A DNA stretch of 63,309 nt, filler included, from Trichomonas gallinae (Eukaryota): the NCBI GenBank assembly GCA_008369845.1. It is 8 parts of 8 records of this genome, joined end to end, with 100 filler letters (N's around TTAATTAATTAA, not from the genome) between each part and the next. Parts side by side here need not be neighbours in the genome. Positions count along the whole stretch, not along the records: positions 1 to 13,774 come from MRSU01001513.1; 7 more parts are not named here. One strand, 5' to 3'. The stretch's first letter is position 1, and every line of letters starts with the position of its first letter. Positions 1 to 10,132 of this stretch are shown piece after piece. The notes beneath the pieces were generated by a model. That model ran no database searches, had not been told where the DNA came from, and saw only the letters and a program-made list of their open reading frames with translations. The translations under genes were made by a program, and so were the position numbers.

Positions 1-581
1 CCTTATGGCGAAATGAAAAAATCGTGCATTTTTTTTGCTCGTGTGTTGGCGGAATAAATCCGCCATGGCACGAGCCTTGCTTGCACGAATAGAATGATGA
101 TTCATGAAGTAATACACAGCTATATTGCAATCCAATAATATATTTATTTATGTTCATCAAAATATTTTTTTTTTTTGTATTAAATCTATTTGCACACTAT
201 ATTATCTTTAACACATTAATTAAAATTATATATATACAGCAATTTATTTTCAACAATATAACAGCATTGCTTTCATGGCCTGTTGACTATTTAGAAGCTT
301 GTATTATTAAAACATTTTTTTTTTTGATCAAAATATTAAAAAATAATGATTTTTTTCTAAAAAATGCTACATTTTTTTATTTTTAAAAATGTTTTCAAAC
401 TTATAATTGTGACAAAGATATCTTCGAATGGATTTGTTTAATCTTTCTGTCCTGAATTCAATAAAGATTTATTTCTTTTTCAGAAAAATAACTTTTATAT
501 TTTATCGAAATAAGTTTTTGAGGTTTAGCTTCTTCAAAACAACTATTTCTCCATTGATAATGCTATTGTAGCTCATTACAA

Positions 582-1100
582 ATGATGAACAACCACTGGA
601 TAGTAATATTTCTTTACATTTTTACAGAGCCGCATGGAATGGGCTTTAAAGTAAGCTCAAAAGAGTTCAACGAAACATTTCATCATTGGCTAAATCTATT
701 GACGAAATTTCGCAACCAGATGAAAGAATTTCCATTTCTTTTGTTCAGTTCATCTGTTGCATGGTGGTTCAGATTCCAGACAGACCTTGGAAAGATGACA
801 GACGGCCATGGACAAAATATCTTCAACGATGAAAGACTTCACATGATGATTCCTATGATATACGACGGTGGGTCAACCAAACGTGTACAAGACAAGGCAC
901 AATACTACCTGCAGGACAGATCGAATATAGCAATCAGCCTCAATCCGGAAGAATATTCTTCGGACGCTGATATGGATAAAGTCGGGAAAGAAGTTAGTTC
1001 TGTGTTCTCAAAGAATGGGACAGATGATACTCACATCTCTGGAGAGTTTGTTTTTACTCAAACAAAAGACTTAGAGACTGAAATTCCTAGTCTCCTCTGA
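582..1100 (+). CDS. Hypothetical protein, possibly a C-terminal fragment of a glycoside-hydrolase-like TIM barrel
   Basis: 172-aa ORF with coding-like composition from about 625 on. Motifs TEPH, SSSVAWWF and MIPMIYD recall bacterial GH-like barrels (DxEPH / DIPFW / IMAY). The N-terminus looks degraded. Confidence 0.4.
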   Translation: MMNNHWIVIFLYIFTEPHGMGFKVSSKEFNETFHHWLNLLTKFRNQMKEFPFLLFSSSVAWWFRFQTDLGKMTDGHGQNIFNDERLHMMIPMIYDGGSTKRVQDKAQYYLQDRSNIAISLNPEEYSSDADMDKVGKEVSSVFSKNGTDDTHISGEFVFTQTKDLETEIPSLL

Positions 1101-1111
1101 TAATATGTATT

Positions 1112-2371
1112 TTATTTATGAATTTTCAAAATAAATATCATGCAGCGGAATATTATACTTTTATATTTCTTAATATTTTTTGTCTGTTGACATTTTTTTT
1201 CAGCACAAATTGGCGGAAAAGCAGGAATGACATCATTAATATTATCATAGAATTTGAACCTATATAATAAACCACATGGAAGAGCTGTTCCATTAAATGC
1301 ATCAATACCAACTGATTGAATTTTGGATAAAAATTTTACACTTTTGAGTTTATTGCAATTTTCAAAAGCGTTTTCATCAATTATCAAACTTTGATTATTA
1401 AAAATAATTGGACCTGCAAGATTTCTACAACCAGAAAATGCTTCTTTTCCTATATTTGAAACACTGCTTAGATTCAAAAAACCGGTAATCCAATAACATT
1501 TGTGAAATGCTTTATTTCCAATGAATTTAACAGTACATAAATTCAATTCACATGAAGATCCAAGACTTTTATAGAAAGCACCATCACTAATAGTTTGAAT
1601 TTTCGTAAAATACAAGTTTCCATTTACAGAGGAAAAACAAAATGCATAATCTCCAATTGTGATAGCGTTACGCAAATTTAACCCATTCTTGAATTTACAT
1701 TCTCGAAATGCAAACCTTCCTATTGATATTGCATTGTCCAAATTAATGAATTGAAGGTAATAGCAACTATCAAATGCATTAGATCCAATATATGTTATTG
1801 TACGTAAATCAACGATTCCAGTAAGACCAGAACAGCCAGAAAATGTTGAGCTTTCAATTCTATTAAATTTTGAAAATATTGGTGTGCCTGTTAAACGAAA
1901 ACATCCACTAAATGAGAAATCTTCCAATGTTGTGACACTATTAAGATTTATTTCACCGGTTAAATATTTACAGTCTTGAAATGCAGCATTTTTAATGACT
2001 TTCACTCCATTGAAATCAATTGTTCCGTGCATTTCATGACATTCAGAAAATGCAAACTTCCCAAATGATTCTATACCTTTAAGATTAACTGTTCCTTGTA
2101 AATTATAGCAATCCATGAACGCATAATTACCAATTGAAGTTATTGTTGGAGGTAAAGTTATATTTTCAAGTTTTTTATGTGACTGAAACAATTGATCATT
2201 TATTGTAGTCAATTTTGTAAATTTTGCAAGATTTGCAACAACAATTAAGTCTGGTAAATATGTAATGTTTGTAATTTGATTGGCATTTTGGAGATTTGTA
2301 ATTGAACAAAGTTGAGTATTTTGAATTCCATGGATTACAGTTCCGTATACATTAAGCACGCATTCATCCAT
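1112..2371 (-). CDS. BspA-like leucine-rich repeat (TpLRR/LRR_5) surface protein
   Basis: Many IGxxAFxxCxxLxG repeats (e.g. LPPTITSIGNYAFMDCYNL) and a basic/hydrophobic C-terminus. Confidence 0.9.
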   Translation of the reverse strand: MDECVLNVYGTVIHGIQNTQLCSITNLQNANQITNITYLPDLIVVANLAKFTKLTTINDQLFQSHKKLENITLPPTITSIGNYAFMDCYNLQGTVNLKGIESFGKFAFSECHEMHGTIDFNGVKVIKNAAFQDCKYLTGEINLNSVTTLEDFSFSGCFRLTGTPIFSKFNRIESSTFSGCSGLTGIVDLRTITYIGSNAFDSCYYLQFINLDNAISIGRFAFRECKFKNGLNLRNAITIGDYAFCFSSVNGNLYFTKIQTISDGAFYKSLGSSCELNLCTVKFIGNKAFHKCYWITGFLNLSSVSNIGKEAFSGCRNLAGPIIFNNQSLIIDENAFENCNKLKSVKFLSKIQSVGIDAFNGTALPCGLLYRFKFYDNINDVIPAFPPICAEKKCQQTKNIKKYKSIIFRCMIFILKIHK

Positions 2372-2691
2372 TTGTAACTACATGGCATCCAAATTTGGAC
2401 TACCAATTATAAAACAAAAATTATAATGTTTTTTTTTAAACTGTTAAAATCGATACATAAAACCCATTTTGATGTTGTAAGAAAAATAATAAATATTCAT
2501 CAAAAATTTAAAATATGATTTTTTTTGAGAAAACTCATACAATTATTTTATAAGATATGTCAAAACTATTTTTAAACTTCTTATTTTGCGAAAATGATGT
2601 CGGTTCATTATCTTAATTTTGATAATAATTTATTTATCAAAACAAACAAAATCTTTAATTCGAAGACAATAAAAGTTAAATAACAAATAAA

Positions 2692-4806
2692 TTAGTGGAT
2701 CGAGACAAAGTTTTCATATTTCCTGAAGACGCGCTTCCTAGATATTCCATCCGTGTCGATGAATATCATTGAGTCCTTTCCTATGTCGCGCGAAATGAGT
2801 CCGAACATCGCCGTGACGTCATTCTCGCCATCATAGTATATAGACTCAGCGAGGTACTCTTGTGTCGGGACGAACAGCGCCTGCTTTGTTTCCCTTATGT
2901 CGAAAACGCTGATGCCTTTGCTAGTCATGCCGCAAACTATGTAGTTCTTGTCACCTGAAATGCAGGCGGACTGGCAAATCAAAGAGAACGCCGGGAAAGG
3001 AGTCCTGCAATCCCACAGCCTGACAGTTCCGTCATCGCCGCGGGAGATGAAGTCGTTGTCAGAGAGCTTCACGAGGTCTCTGACGATGCCTGTATGTCCT
3101 ACAAACGATCCTATCTCTTTTCCTTCGTTGCTGAGCTGCCTGATCGAAAATGAGTCTGCTGGAGAAGTGAATAACGAGTTCGACATGGACATCAGTGAGG
3201 AGATGCCTCTGTATGGAATTTCTACCTTAGACGAGCGAAAACTCGAATCATCGTTGTAAATTAAATGGAATAAAGAGTTGGATTGTGTGAAAGCAAGTGC
3301 TGTGTTGAGACTACCTGAAACTGGAACAATTATTGGTGCACCAGCTTCTTTAGAAACGTCTAAATCGAAAGTTTGAACAGGTGAATTCTTGAAAGGAACG
3401 CGAATGACTTGTTTGCCATCAAAGCACCACGCTGACTTGTTCTCGGATATGCATAAAGCATCAATTGGATTCGTACTCGGTAATGTAAAATTAATGAAAC
3501 CTAATTTAGAGCTTTTGATGTCGCTAACTGCCATAAGTTTGCCTGGTGACATGAGATCACTGTATATATAGCATGCAAAGCTGTCTGTAATCGTTATTGA
3601 GTCATATGCATTTACGCGAACTTGATTAAATCGCCTTTCTTGGTATATCATTCGCATTGGTGTATCAGATGCTGGAATATTTATTACGGATGGGTTTGGA
3701 GATTGCAAAAATCCTTCTCCTTCGTAAATACTCATATTACTTCTTGGAATTGAGAAATCTGATGTAGTTTCTGGAATATCTTCCATACTCTGATCAGGCA
3801 AGGTAGTCCTGATATTAAAGAATGGTGTTCCCAATGTAATTCTTTCTGGATTGCACATTCCTTCTGAAGAAACGATTTTTCGAACTTGTTCATCAAATCT
3901 GTTGCTGAGTGGTATAATCTTGTCTGTTTCGTACATATCACACGCGCGAATTTCTTTAATAATTTGATGAATTCCAGCATAAATATTTACTTGTTTCGGT
4001 GGCTGATATGCATCTCCTGGTCCGTGAGAAGCAGCTTTGACGTAGTTTGGAGAGTTAAAATGAACTTTAGGCGGCGGTGGTCGAATTGGCGGCAATAACA
4101 CAGTTTGCGGGTGATTTTGCGGTGGAGTGTTTGTTATAGGTTTTGGAGATTGCGTTGTCGGTGTCGGCTGTTTCTGTAAAGGCTGTTGTGGCGGTGGAGG
4201 AATTTGTAGAGAAGGAAGCTGATTTTGAACAGACGAAATCTGCGGTAATTGCTGCACCTTTGGCGGTGTTGGCTGCAATGGTGACAGTTGCTGGATCGGC
4301 GAAGGTTGTTTTGGTGGCGTTTTTTGTGTTTTTTGCTGTGGTGATGATATCTGTTGAGTTTGTGGCTGCTGAGTATGTACCTGTGGTTTTTGTGCCTGCA
4401 TTGGCTGCTGTTGTGTTATTTGTTGCGGAATTTGAATTTGCTGCGGAATTTGTTGAATAGGTGGCTGTATTTGCTGCGGCATCTGCATTGCAGCCATCGG
4501 GTACATAACAGGAGCCTGCATTTGCATTTGTCTCTGTGAAGTAGTAGGAATATTCATTGGTGGATATTGAGCTTCATTGAAATATGTCTTTTTGTTGTTG
4601 TTAAACCACAGCCTGACAGCCCTGTGGCTCCAGTGTGGCGACATGGTTTTAAGATACTCAGTCACTTGTGCTGCGATTTGATTCCTGTTCGATGAGCGCT
4701 CTGGGAATGAGAAATAGCGGCGAAGGCCCCATATAAGCCACTGCTGTTCCGTTTTAGTGGCGTAATAGCGAGCATTGCCATCCGCTTCTTGCCCATCATC
4801 ACTCAT
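2692..4806 (-). CDS. Atypical homeodomain + Q/P-rich linker + WD40 beta-propeller protein
   Basis: N-terminal RAVRLWFNNNKK resembles homeodomain helix 3 (WFxNxR). Long Q/P-rich region. C-terminal GHTGIVRDL...SRGDDGTVRLWD WD40 repeat. Start taken at MSDDG (4806); the ORF track starts at 4851. Confidence 0.75.
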   Translation of the reverse strand: MSDDGQEADGNARYYATKTEQQWLIWGLRRYFSFPERSSNRNQIAAQVTEYLKTMSPHWSHRAVRLWFNNNKKTYFNEAQYPPMNIPTTSQRQMQMQAPVMYPMAAMQMPQQIQPPIQQIPQQIQIPQQITQQQPMQAQKPQVHTQQPQTQQISSPQQKTQKTPPKQPSPIQQLSPLQPTPPKVQQLPQISSVQNQLPSLQIPPPPQQPLQKQPTPTTQSPKPITNTPPQNHPQTVLLPPIRPPPPKVHFNSPNYVKAASHGPGDAYQPPKQVNIYAGIHQIIKEIRACDMYETDKIIPLSNRFDEQVRKIVSSEGMCNPERITLGTPFFNIRTTLPDQSMEDIPETTSDFSIPRSNMSIYEGEGFLQSPNPSVINIPASDTPMRMIYQERRFNQVRVNAYDSITITDSFACYIYSDLMSPGKLMAVSDIKSSKLGFINFTLPSTNPIDALCISENKSAWCFDGKQVIRVPFKNSPVQTFDLDVSKEAGAPIIVPVSGSLNTALAFTQSNSLFHLIYNDDSSFRSSKVEIPYRGISSLMSMSNSLFTSPADSFSIRQLSNEGKEIGSFVGHTGIVRDLVKLSDNDFISRGDDGTVRLWDCRTPFPAFSLICQSACISGDKNYIVCGMTSKGISVFDIRETKQALFVPTQEYLAESIYYDGENDVTAMFGLISRDIGKDSMIFIDTDGISRKRVFRKYENFVSIH

Positions 4807-5148
4807 TTTATCGCAAAAATTTTCTAAAAATTTTTGCTTATACCGCTGCATTTTTTATTTTGATTTTTATAAATCTATAATAAAAATCATAAAGATTTGT
4901 AGGGAAATTGGCGGAAAACGTTTTAGATTTCGACTACAAAATTATTTTTGTGTGAAATAAATTTGATATTTAGCATGCACATATGATATCAAAGTCATAT
5001 TTTTGGTCAGTTTCGGAAAAATTTTACTCAACGAATTGTTTACAAAAAAGTGAAGCTTTTTTTTGCCAAAAGAAAAAAAAAATTGTAAAATTTTAAATTA
5101 TTGTTTTGACTTAAAAAGCTAATTTATACAATATATATCAATAAAATC

Positions 5149-5286
5149 TCACTTTTTCTCATATAAACATCCATTAAATCTATTCTTTTTCTTTTGATAT
5201 CGAATTATAGTGCTTTTAGTACTTGTGTTGTAATATATAAGTGTATTAATTCACTTTTTCTCATATAAACATACATTAAATCTATT
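5149..5286 (+). repeat. Intergenic 36-bp direct repeat (35/36 identical), with more degenerate copies near 5364 and 5485
   Basis: tcactttttctcatataaacat(c/a)cattaaatctatt at 5149-5184 and 5251-5286. Confidence 0.8.
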
Positions 5287-6564
5287 AATTTTATCTAAAA
5301 TTTGAATAAAAAATTAGTAATATTTTGTTTAGTGTTATTGCTGTTATACATAAATATACAAAATCACCTTTTCTAGTATAAGAGAAGGTTAAATTCTATT
5401 ATTTGAAACTTGATTTCAATTTGAAATTAAGCTGATGTGATGGATTTTGTGAATGCTAATATGTCAATGAGTAGTATCATAAAATCACTTTTTGCTATAT
5501 GACTATATGTATAACTTGTTTAGTATTTTTGATATCAAATATTTTCTTCAAAAATTATTACCGAATCCTAAAAGAATTATATAACATTCATTACTTCGGA
5601 TGAATTACATTTCTATTAAAGCAAATATCAGATATACATACAAACATTATTCCTGTGAAATTCATATTATACGGAATATAACACTCACGATTCAGAAATA
5701 TGCATTTCATAAGTTTATATATACAATAAGTGACGTATTTGATTTAAATAAAGATATTGATTTTCAATTGAAAATTGTGAATATTTGAAATGTGTTAAGA
5801 AGAAAATTATACCATGGAATTGCTATATTGAGTCATAACATTACAGCTACAGCATAAAGGATTTGAACTCTGACTGTGAGCTATAAAATTAAGAAAAGAT
5901 ATAATCAAAAATGATATATAAAGCTTTTTGTACAGTTGAATAGAGTCTATTTATGCAGGAGAAGCACAGATTTTATTATGAGTCGAATATTTAGGGATAA
6001 CAAAAGTAATGAACATTCTAAAACGATCTAAAATAAGAGAAATTCCGTCGAAATCAACATCAGTGTGAATTAAATGATGTATGAATTATTAAATGATGTA
6101 GAGTTGATAAAAAAAAAAAGATCTCTACACTAAGTTCTGAAAAGTCGATTATTTCCAATTGAATATTTTTTTAACGATTTTTTTGAATAAACGTGTTTAA
6201 TTCAATTTTGAGGGAATTATGAAAATTTTGAAAGCATTGTTTAATAACTACTGTAGTTAATTTGTATATGAGAAAAATTAAATCTTTTGAATTATCGCTT
6301 TGTCACGTAAACAATAAAATGCCATGTAAAATCAATTTTGACAGATTTTTACTGGTTTGTTTTTTATGATATTTAGAAAAACAAAATTCTAAAAACCAAC
6401 TATAAATGCGTAAATATTTACGTGCCACGTAAATTATAGAATTTTTGACAAAAAAATCTAAAAACTCTCATAATTTTTACTCTATATAATGTAATAAACT
6501 TAATCCATTAATTGAGAGAAAAATTCGTTTTATGAATTGAAAAGCATGTCAATTTTTGGGTACA

Positions 6565-8796
6565 ATGGGCTGTGACCTATCTACTGCCGCTGTTACTCAA
6601 AAACGCAACAGACAGCGCCACGGTAATCTGTCACCACGGCCTATACCGTCACCTCGCTCGAATGATCCAAAAAGTATCGTTTCTTCGCCGAGAGAGCAAA
6701 AAATGGGAAATAACGCACTATTTGAGACTCTTGTTTCGGGTGTAAAAAAGATAGCATCGCCTGGAAACATGATGCCAACAGTTTGTTTGACCCGTGACGC
6801 TTTTCCTCTCGCTACATCATATGTGCACCTCGAAGATTTTACGCCTACTGGCATTCAACTGCCTATAGTAACATGCTCGCAGGCAAACAACTCTCGAATT
6901 ATGTGTTTTTCGCAAATTAACTTTCTACAAAGTCAAAATATAAAGCAATTTGATACATCTCGCCTTATTGTGAACTCACTGAACTGGACAGCCGGCAATT
7001 CAGCATCAATGATAAAGATCGCATTAATAGGCTTCCCGAAAAACCTTGGCGTTTCAACTCTCAAAATCTTGCACGATCTTGGATTTTTTGCGGAAATTTA
7101 CAACGGAAAGAACTCGCTGGTATCATACAACGCGATATTCTTACTCTCAGACCTCAGCATGGAGGACGAAGTCTTGGTTGAAAAGATTACACAATTCACA
7201 GATAACGGCGGCGGCGTTCTTGTATTCCATCAGCATTGCGACCTACCCGGAATACCTCTTCCTATTAATTCACTACTTGTTAAATACGGTTTGGCGTTCA
7301 CTTATAACTTATTAAACGAAAATTCAGAAGAAAACTCGCCGATTAGTATTCCTGCACAATTTGCAACTGTCCGCGATAATAACTTTGTTCTTTTGACCGC
7401 GAAGTTCAAAGCAATTATTGGACAATCTTCAATCGACACAACAGCGCTAGATGACATAGTAACACTCTTAAAGTATTATATTATGGTTACAGATGAATCT
7501 TACACTGATCAATTAAAAGAAATTTACCAATATTGTTGGGATTATCTTAAAAAGACAGGATATTCGCTTGAAAATGGTCTCTGCTGTCCGGATATAAAGC
7601 ATGGTATCATTGTAGTACTAATTCAAGAGCTTTTGCCTAAACTTCCGCTAACAGTTTATCAACCGATTCCTGAATACGAGTATTTTCCGGGCAAAACAGG
7701 TGATGAACCTCTCGGTGAGTTCGATGTTGAGCTCATCGTGCAGCCAGATATATGGGTCGCCACTGGTTTATGGCTTCCGGCTGGAAAAATCGGCACTGTT
7801 GAGGTTCATTCTGACGTGCCGTTGAATTTAACAATACAAATAGGTTCGCAGCACACGGGCCTGCTGTCAAAGAACGGAGCTTTGAAGAGATGGCCAAGTA
7901 TTGTTACTTATTTCCCTCTTAATACCGAAGTAACGGAAGTAGGTACATGTTTTGGTGGTATTACTTACGTCACATGCAACGATATTACAGATTATGTTAC
8001 AATCAAAATGCACTTTTCGAATTTCTGCTTATATCCAAGAGCCTGCTTCGATGATCCCTCTGTTTGGGAATCTACAAAGAATATCCAAGTCCCGTGGGGC
8101 GAAATTGAAACTCCATCATGCGTTTTTACACTTCCAACAGAAGAAATCAAAAAATTCGAATCATTTGATGAACTCGCGCAAAAATTCAACATTATTTCAG
8201 ACAAAATCGCGCAATTCATGAACTTCTCTCACGGTTTCCCATACAGAATTGTTTTCGATGTTGAAACAAACGAAGAAAGCCTCAACGGAGGTTATCCGTT
8301 GGTTTTTCTTGTCGATGAAATAGATGTCATACTTCGCAGCTGGGATAAACCTACTCAGCAGCTCTTTACAACTATATCCGTTATGTCAATTATGTCATTA
8401 CGCGAAAACTGCTTCGACCAGACGACAGAAGTTGCCCTGTCTGCCATCTGCGCCGCGTCAGTTCTCCAGGAACTTTTCCCAAACTTCCAACCATCAGATC
8501 TTGGAATCGAATTCCCACAACTGTTCAACGAGCTTTGGGATATATACACGAACTTCGGAAAGAATATCATCCCGGACACAATCAGCACGTTCCAAAAACC
8601 AGATTACATTTTACCAGAAATCCCAGAAGACATGTGGATCTGCTTCGTTCGTCAGCTCTGCGATGTCGCGAAGACCGACTTCACAAAGCTCCTCGACAGA
8701 GTAAAGCCTATTCCATTGAATATCACCAACTCCATGCAAGGATTCCCTCAATACACGGGAAGTGGAAGCTATGTTGCACAAGCTAATTCTGAATAA
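6565..8796 (+). CDS. M60-like/TCAF (FAM115, immunodominant variable surface antigen-like) protein lacking HEXXH
   Basis: WVATGLWLPAG, GTCFGGITYV and VPWGEIE are M60-like N-domain motifs. No HEXXH in the expected region before TTEV. First ATG gives MGCDLS. Confidence 0.8.
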   Translation: MGCDLSTAAVTQKRNRQRHGNLSPRPIPSPRSNDPKSIVSSPREQKMGNNALFETLVSGVKKIASPGNMMPTVCLTRDAFPLATSYVHLEDFTPTGIQLPIVTCSQANNSRIMCFSQINFLQSQNIKQFDTSRLIVNSLNWTAGNSASMIKIALIGFPKNLGVSTLKILHDLGFFAEIYNGKNSLVSYNAIFLLSDLSMEDEVLVEKITQFTDNGGGVLVFHQHCDLPGIPLPINSLLVKYGLAFTYNLLNENSEENSPISIPAQFATVRDNNFVLLTAKFKAIIGQSSIDTTALDDIVTLLKYYIMVTDESYTDQLKEIYQYCWDYLKKTGYSLENGLCCPDIKHGIIVVLIQELLPKLPLTVYQPIPEYEYFPGKTGDEPLGEFDVELIVQPDIWVATGLWLPAGKIGTVEVHSDVPLNLTIQIGSQHTGLLSKNGALKRWPSIVTYFPLNTEVTEVGTCFGGITYVTCNDITDYVTIKMHFSNFCLYPRACFDDPSVWESTKNIQVPWGEIETPSCVFTLPTEEIKKFESFDELAQKFNIISDKIAQFMNFSHGFPYRIVFDVETNEESLNGGYPLVFLVDEIDVILRSWDKPTQQLFTTISVMSIMSLRENCFDQTTEVALSAICAASVLQELFPNFQPSDLGIEFPQLFNELWDIYTNFGKNIIPDTISTFQKPDYILPEIPEDMWICFVRQLCDVAKTDFTKLLDRVKPIPLNITNSMQGFPQYTGSGSYVAQANSE

Positions 8797-8919
8797 ATTG
8801 TTTTGTAATTTCTATTGATATATTCACAGTTTTTTAGTTTTGTAAATTTTTACATCCAAATTCTGTCATGTAAATCAAAAAAATTGACACAAAATCACTT
8901 TTCGATGAAGTTTCATAAC

Positions 8920-8985
8920 GGGCGAATAGCACAATGGTTCAGTGCATCTGAATGTGGATCAGAATATCCGTGTTCGATACTTTTT
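8920..8985 (+). pseudogene. 3'-truncated tRNA-His(GTG)-like sequence
   Basis: D-arm GCAC/GTGC; anticodon stem TCTGA/TCAGA with loop ATGTGGA; T-loop TTCGATA. The 3' T-stem and 3' acceptor strands are missing and replaced by TTTTT. Confidence 0.75.
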
Positions 8986-9303
8986 GATCATCTGATGATG
9001 TTTTCTATGTGATAATCTATATAATTTATATTCTCATTAAACATATTTATGCAGACCGATAATATATTATCAGGATTCATGATAGAAATGAAGATAATGA
9101 AATTTTCATAAATTTTTACACAATAATGATCTGCGATCAGCCATATAAATATACAATGACAATTAGTGCTAAATTTTGAATAGTGTTCATTTCAAACTAA
9201 AATTTAAGAATCAATCATATTTTATTTAACCTTTTTATTACTTGTTGTATGTGAAAGTGGTAATCAATCTTTTTGGTATGCTACTGTTATTGGTTTTGAT
9301 ATG

Positions 9304-9873
9304 TTAAAACGAAATAAAAATGAATAATGATAAAATTAATGCTAATCCGTAAGGAGATATGAAGTACGTATTACTGTAGATATCATATACTATTATCTTT
9401 CCAAAGAACTCATATTGAACAATATCATGTCGTGGCCGCTCACATTGAGAAGTTAATACTGTATATCGAAAACATCGAAATCCTTCACTTGAATAGCTAA
9501 ATTTCTTAGTTTCTCTTTTGGCCATTGAATTTGAAAATTCTTTATATCCAATATACTTTTCACCATTGATGCTATATTCAACAGCAAAATTTCCAGGACG
9601 ACAACCATATTCTGACGTGGTTATCTCAAATGATTCAAGCATAACAAAAAAATAATTAAAACATATACTTATCGAGCATTTTCCGGTAAAAGCACCATCA
9701 CACACCCAGTATGAATCCCATACAAAATCAAAAGCCTTTGTCTTATCTCCATCTCCGCTGTGATTTGATTCTTCAAGTTTAAATTGCTTGAAATATCTAG
9801 TTTTGTCTTTGTCATACAAGTAGCGTAATATGCCATTTGACGTTTTATATGGGAAATATTGTGACAAATGCAT
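9304..9873 (-). CDS. F5/8 type C (discoidin/galactose-binding-like) domain protein with hydrophobic C-terminus; possible 5' frameshift
   Basis: NGILRYL...YW...SICF...P..F.VEYS.NG...FRCFRY...EFFG is typical of trichomonad F5/8C-like proteins. C-terminus is LALILSLFIFISF. Confidence 0.7.
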   Translation of the reverse strand: MHLSQYFPYKTSNGILRYLYDKDKTRYFKQFKLEESNHSGDGDKTKAFDFVWDSYWVCDGAFTGKCSISICFNYFFVMLESFEITTSEYGCRPGNFAVEYSINGEKYIGYKEFSNSMAKRETKKFSYSSEGFRCFRYTVLTSQCERPRHDIVQYEFFGKIIVYDIYSNTYFISPYGLALILSLFIFISF

Positions 9874-10132
9874 TCATCAATACATCTCCGAATATCATTA
9901 TTCAAAATGTCAGTTTTTAAATATGAAATAAAGTTGTTTTTTCATATATAAACATAGTTATGCACATCTGATTGTGGAAAAATGTTAATCATCTTAACTT
10001 AACTAATTAATTTCAATCATTAACCTATGTTGTTGTTACCAATATTGTTTGTGTGCCAGACACTTTCTGAACAAAAGCGTAATTATTAAAGATGAAGATT
10101 TTTAGATAAATTAAACAAAATAAAGTGAGTTT

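Noticed and set aside
150..386. Short F/I/K/N-rich ORFs in intergenic DNA (also 5600, 16201, 17380, 33372-34111, 37990, 40455, 52030, 52413)
   Set aside because: Composition is that expected from random AT-rich sequence, with no recognisable motifs.
600..628. Pyrimidine-rich tract ending TTTACAG as an intron acceptor
   Set aside because: Lacks the fused branch/acceptor ACTAAC...CAG motif typical of trichomonad introns.
5149..5286. 36-bp repeat pair with a 66-nt gap as a mini-CRISPR
   Set aside because: Only two good copies, AT-rich, long irregular spacing and eukaryotic context.
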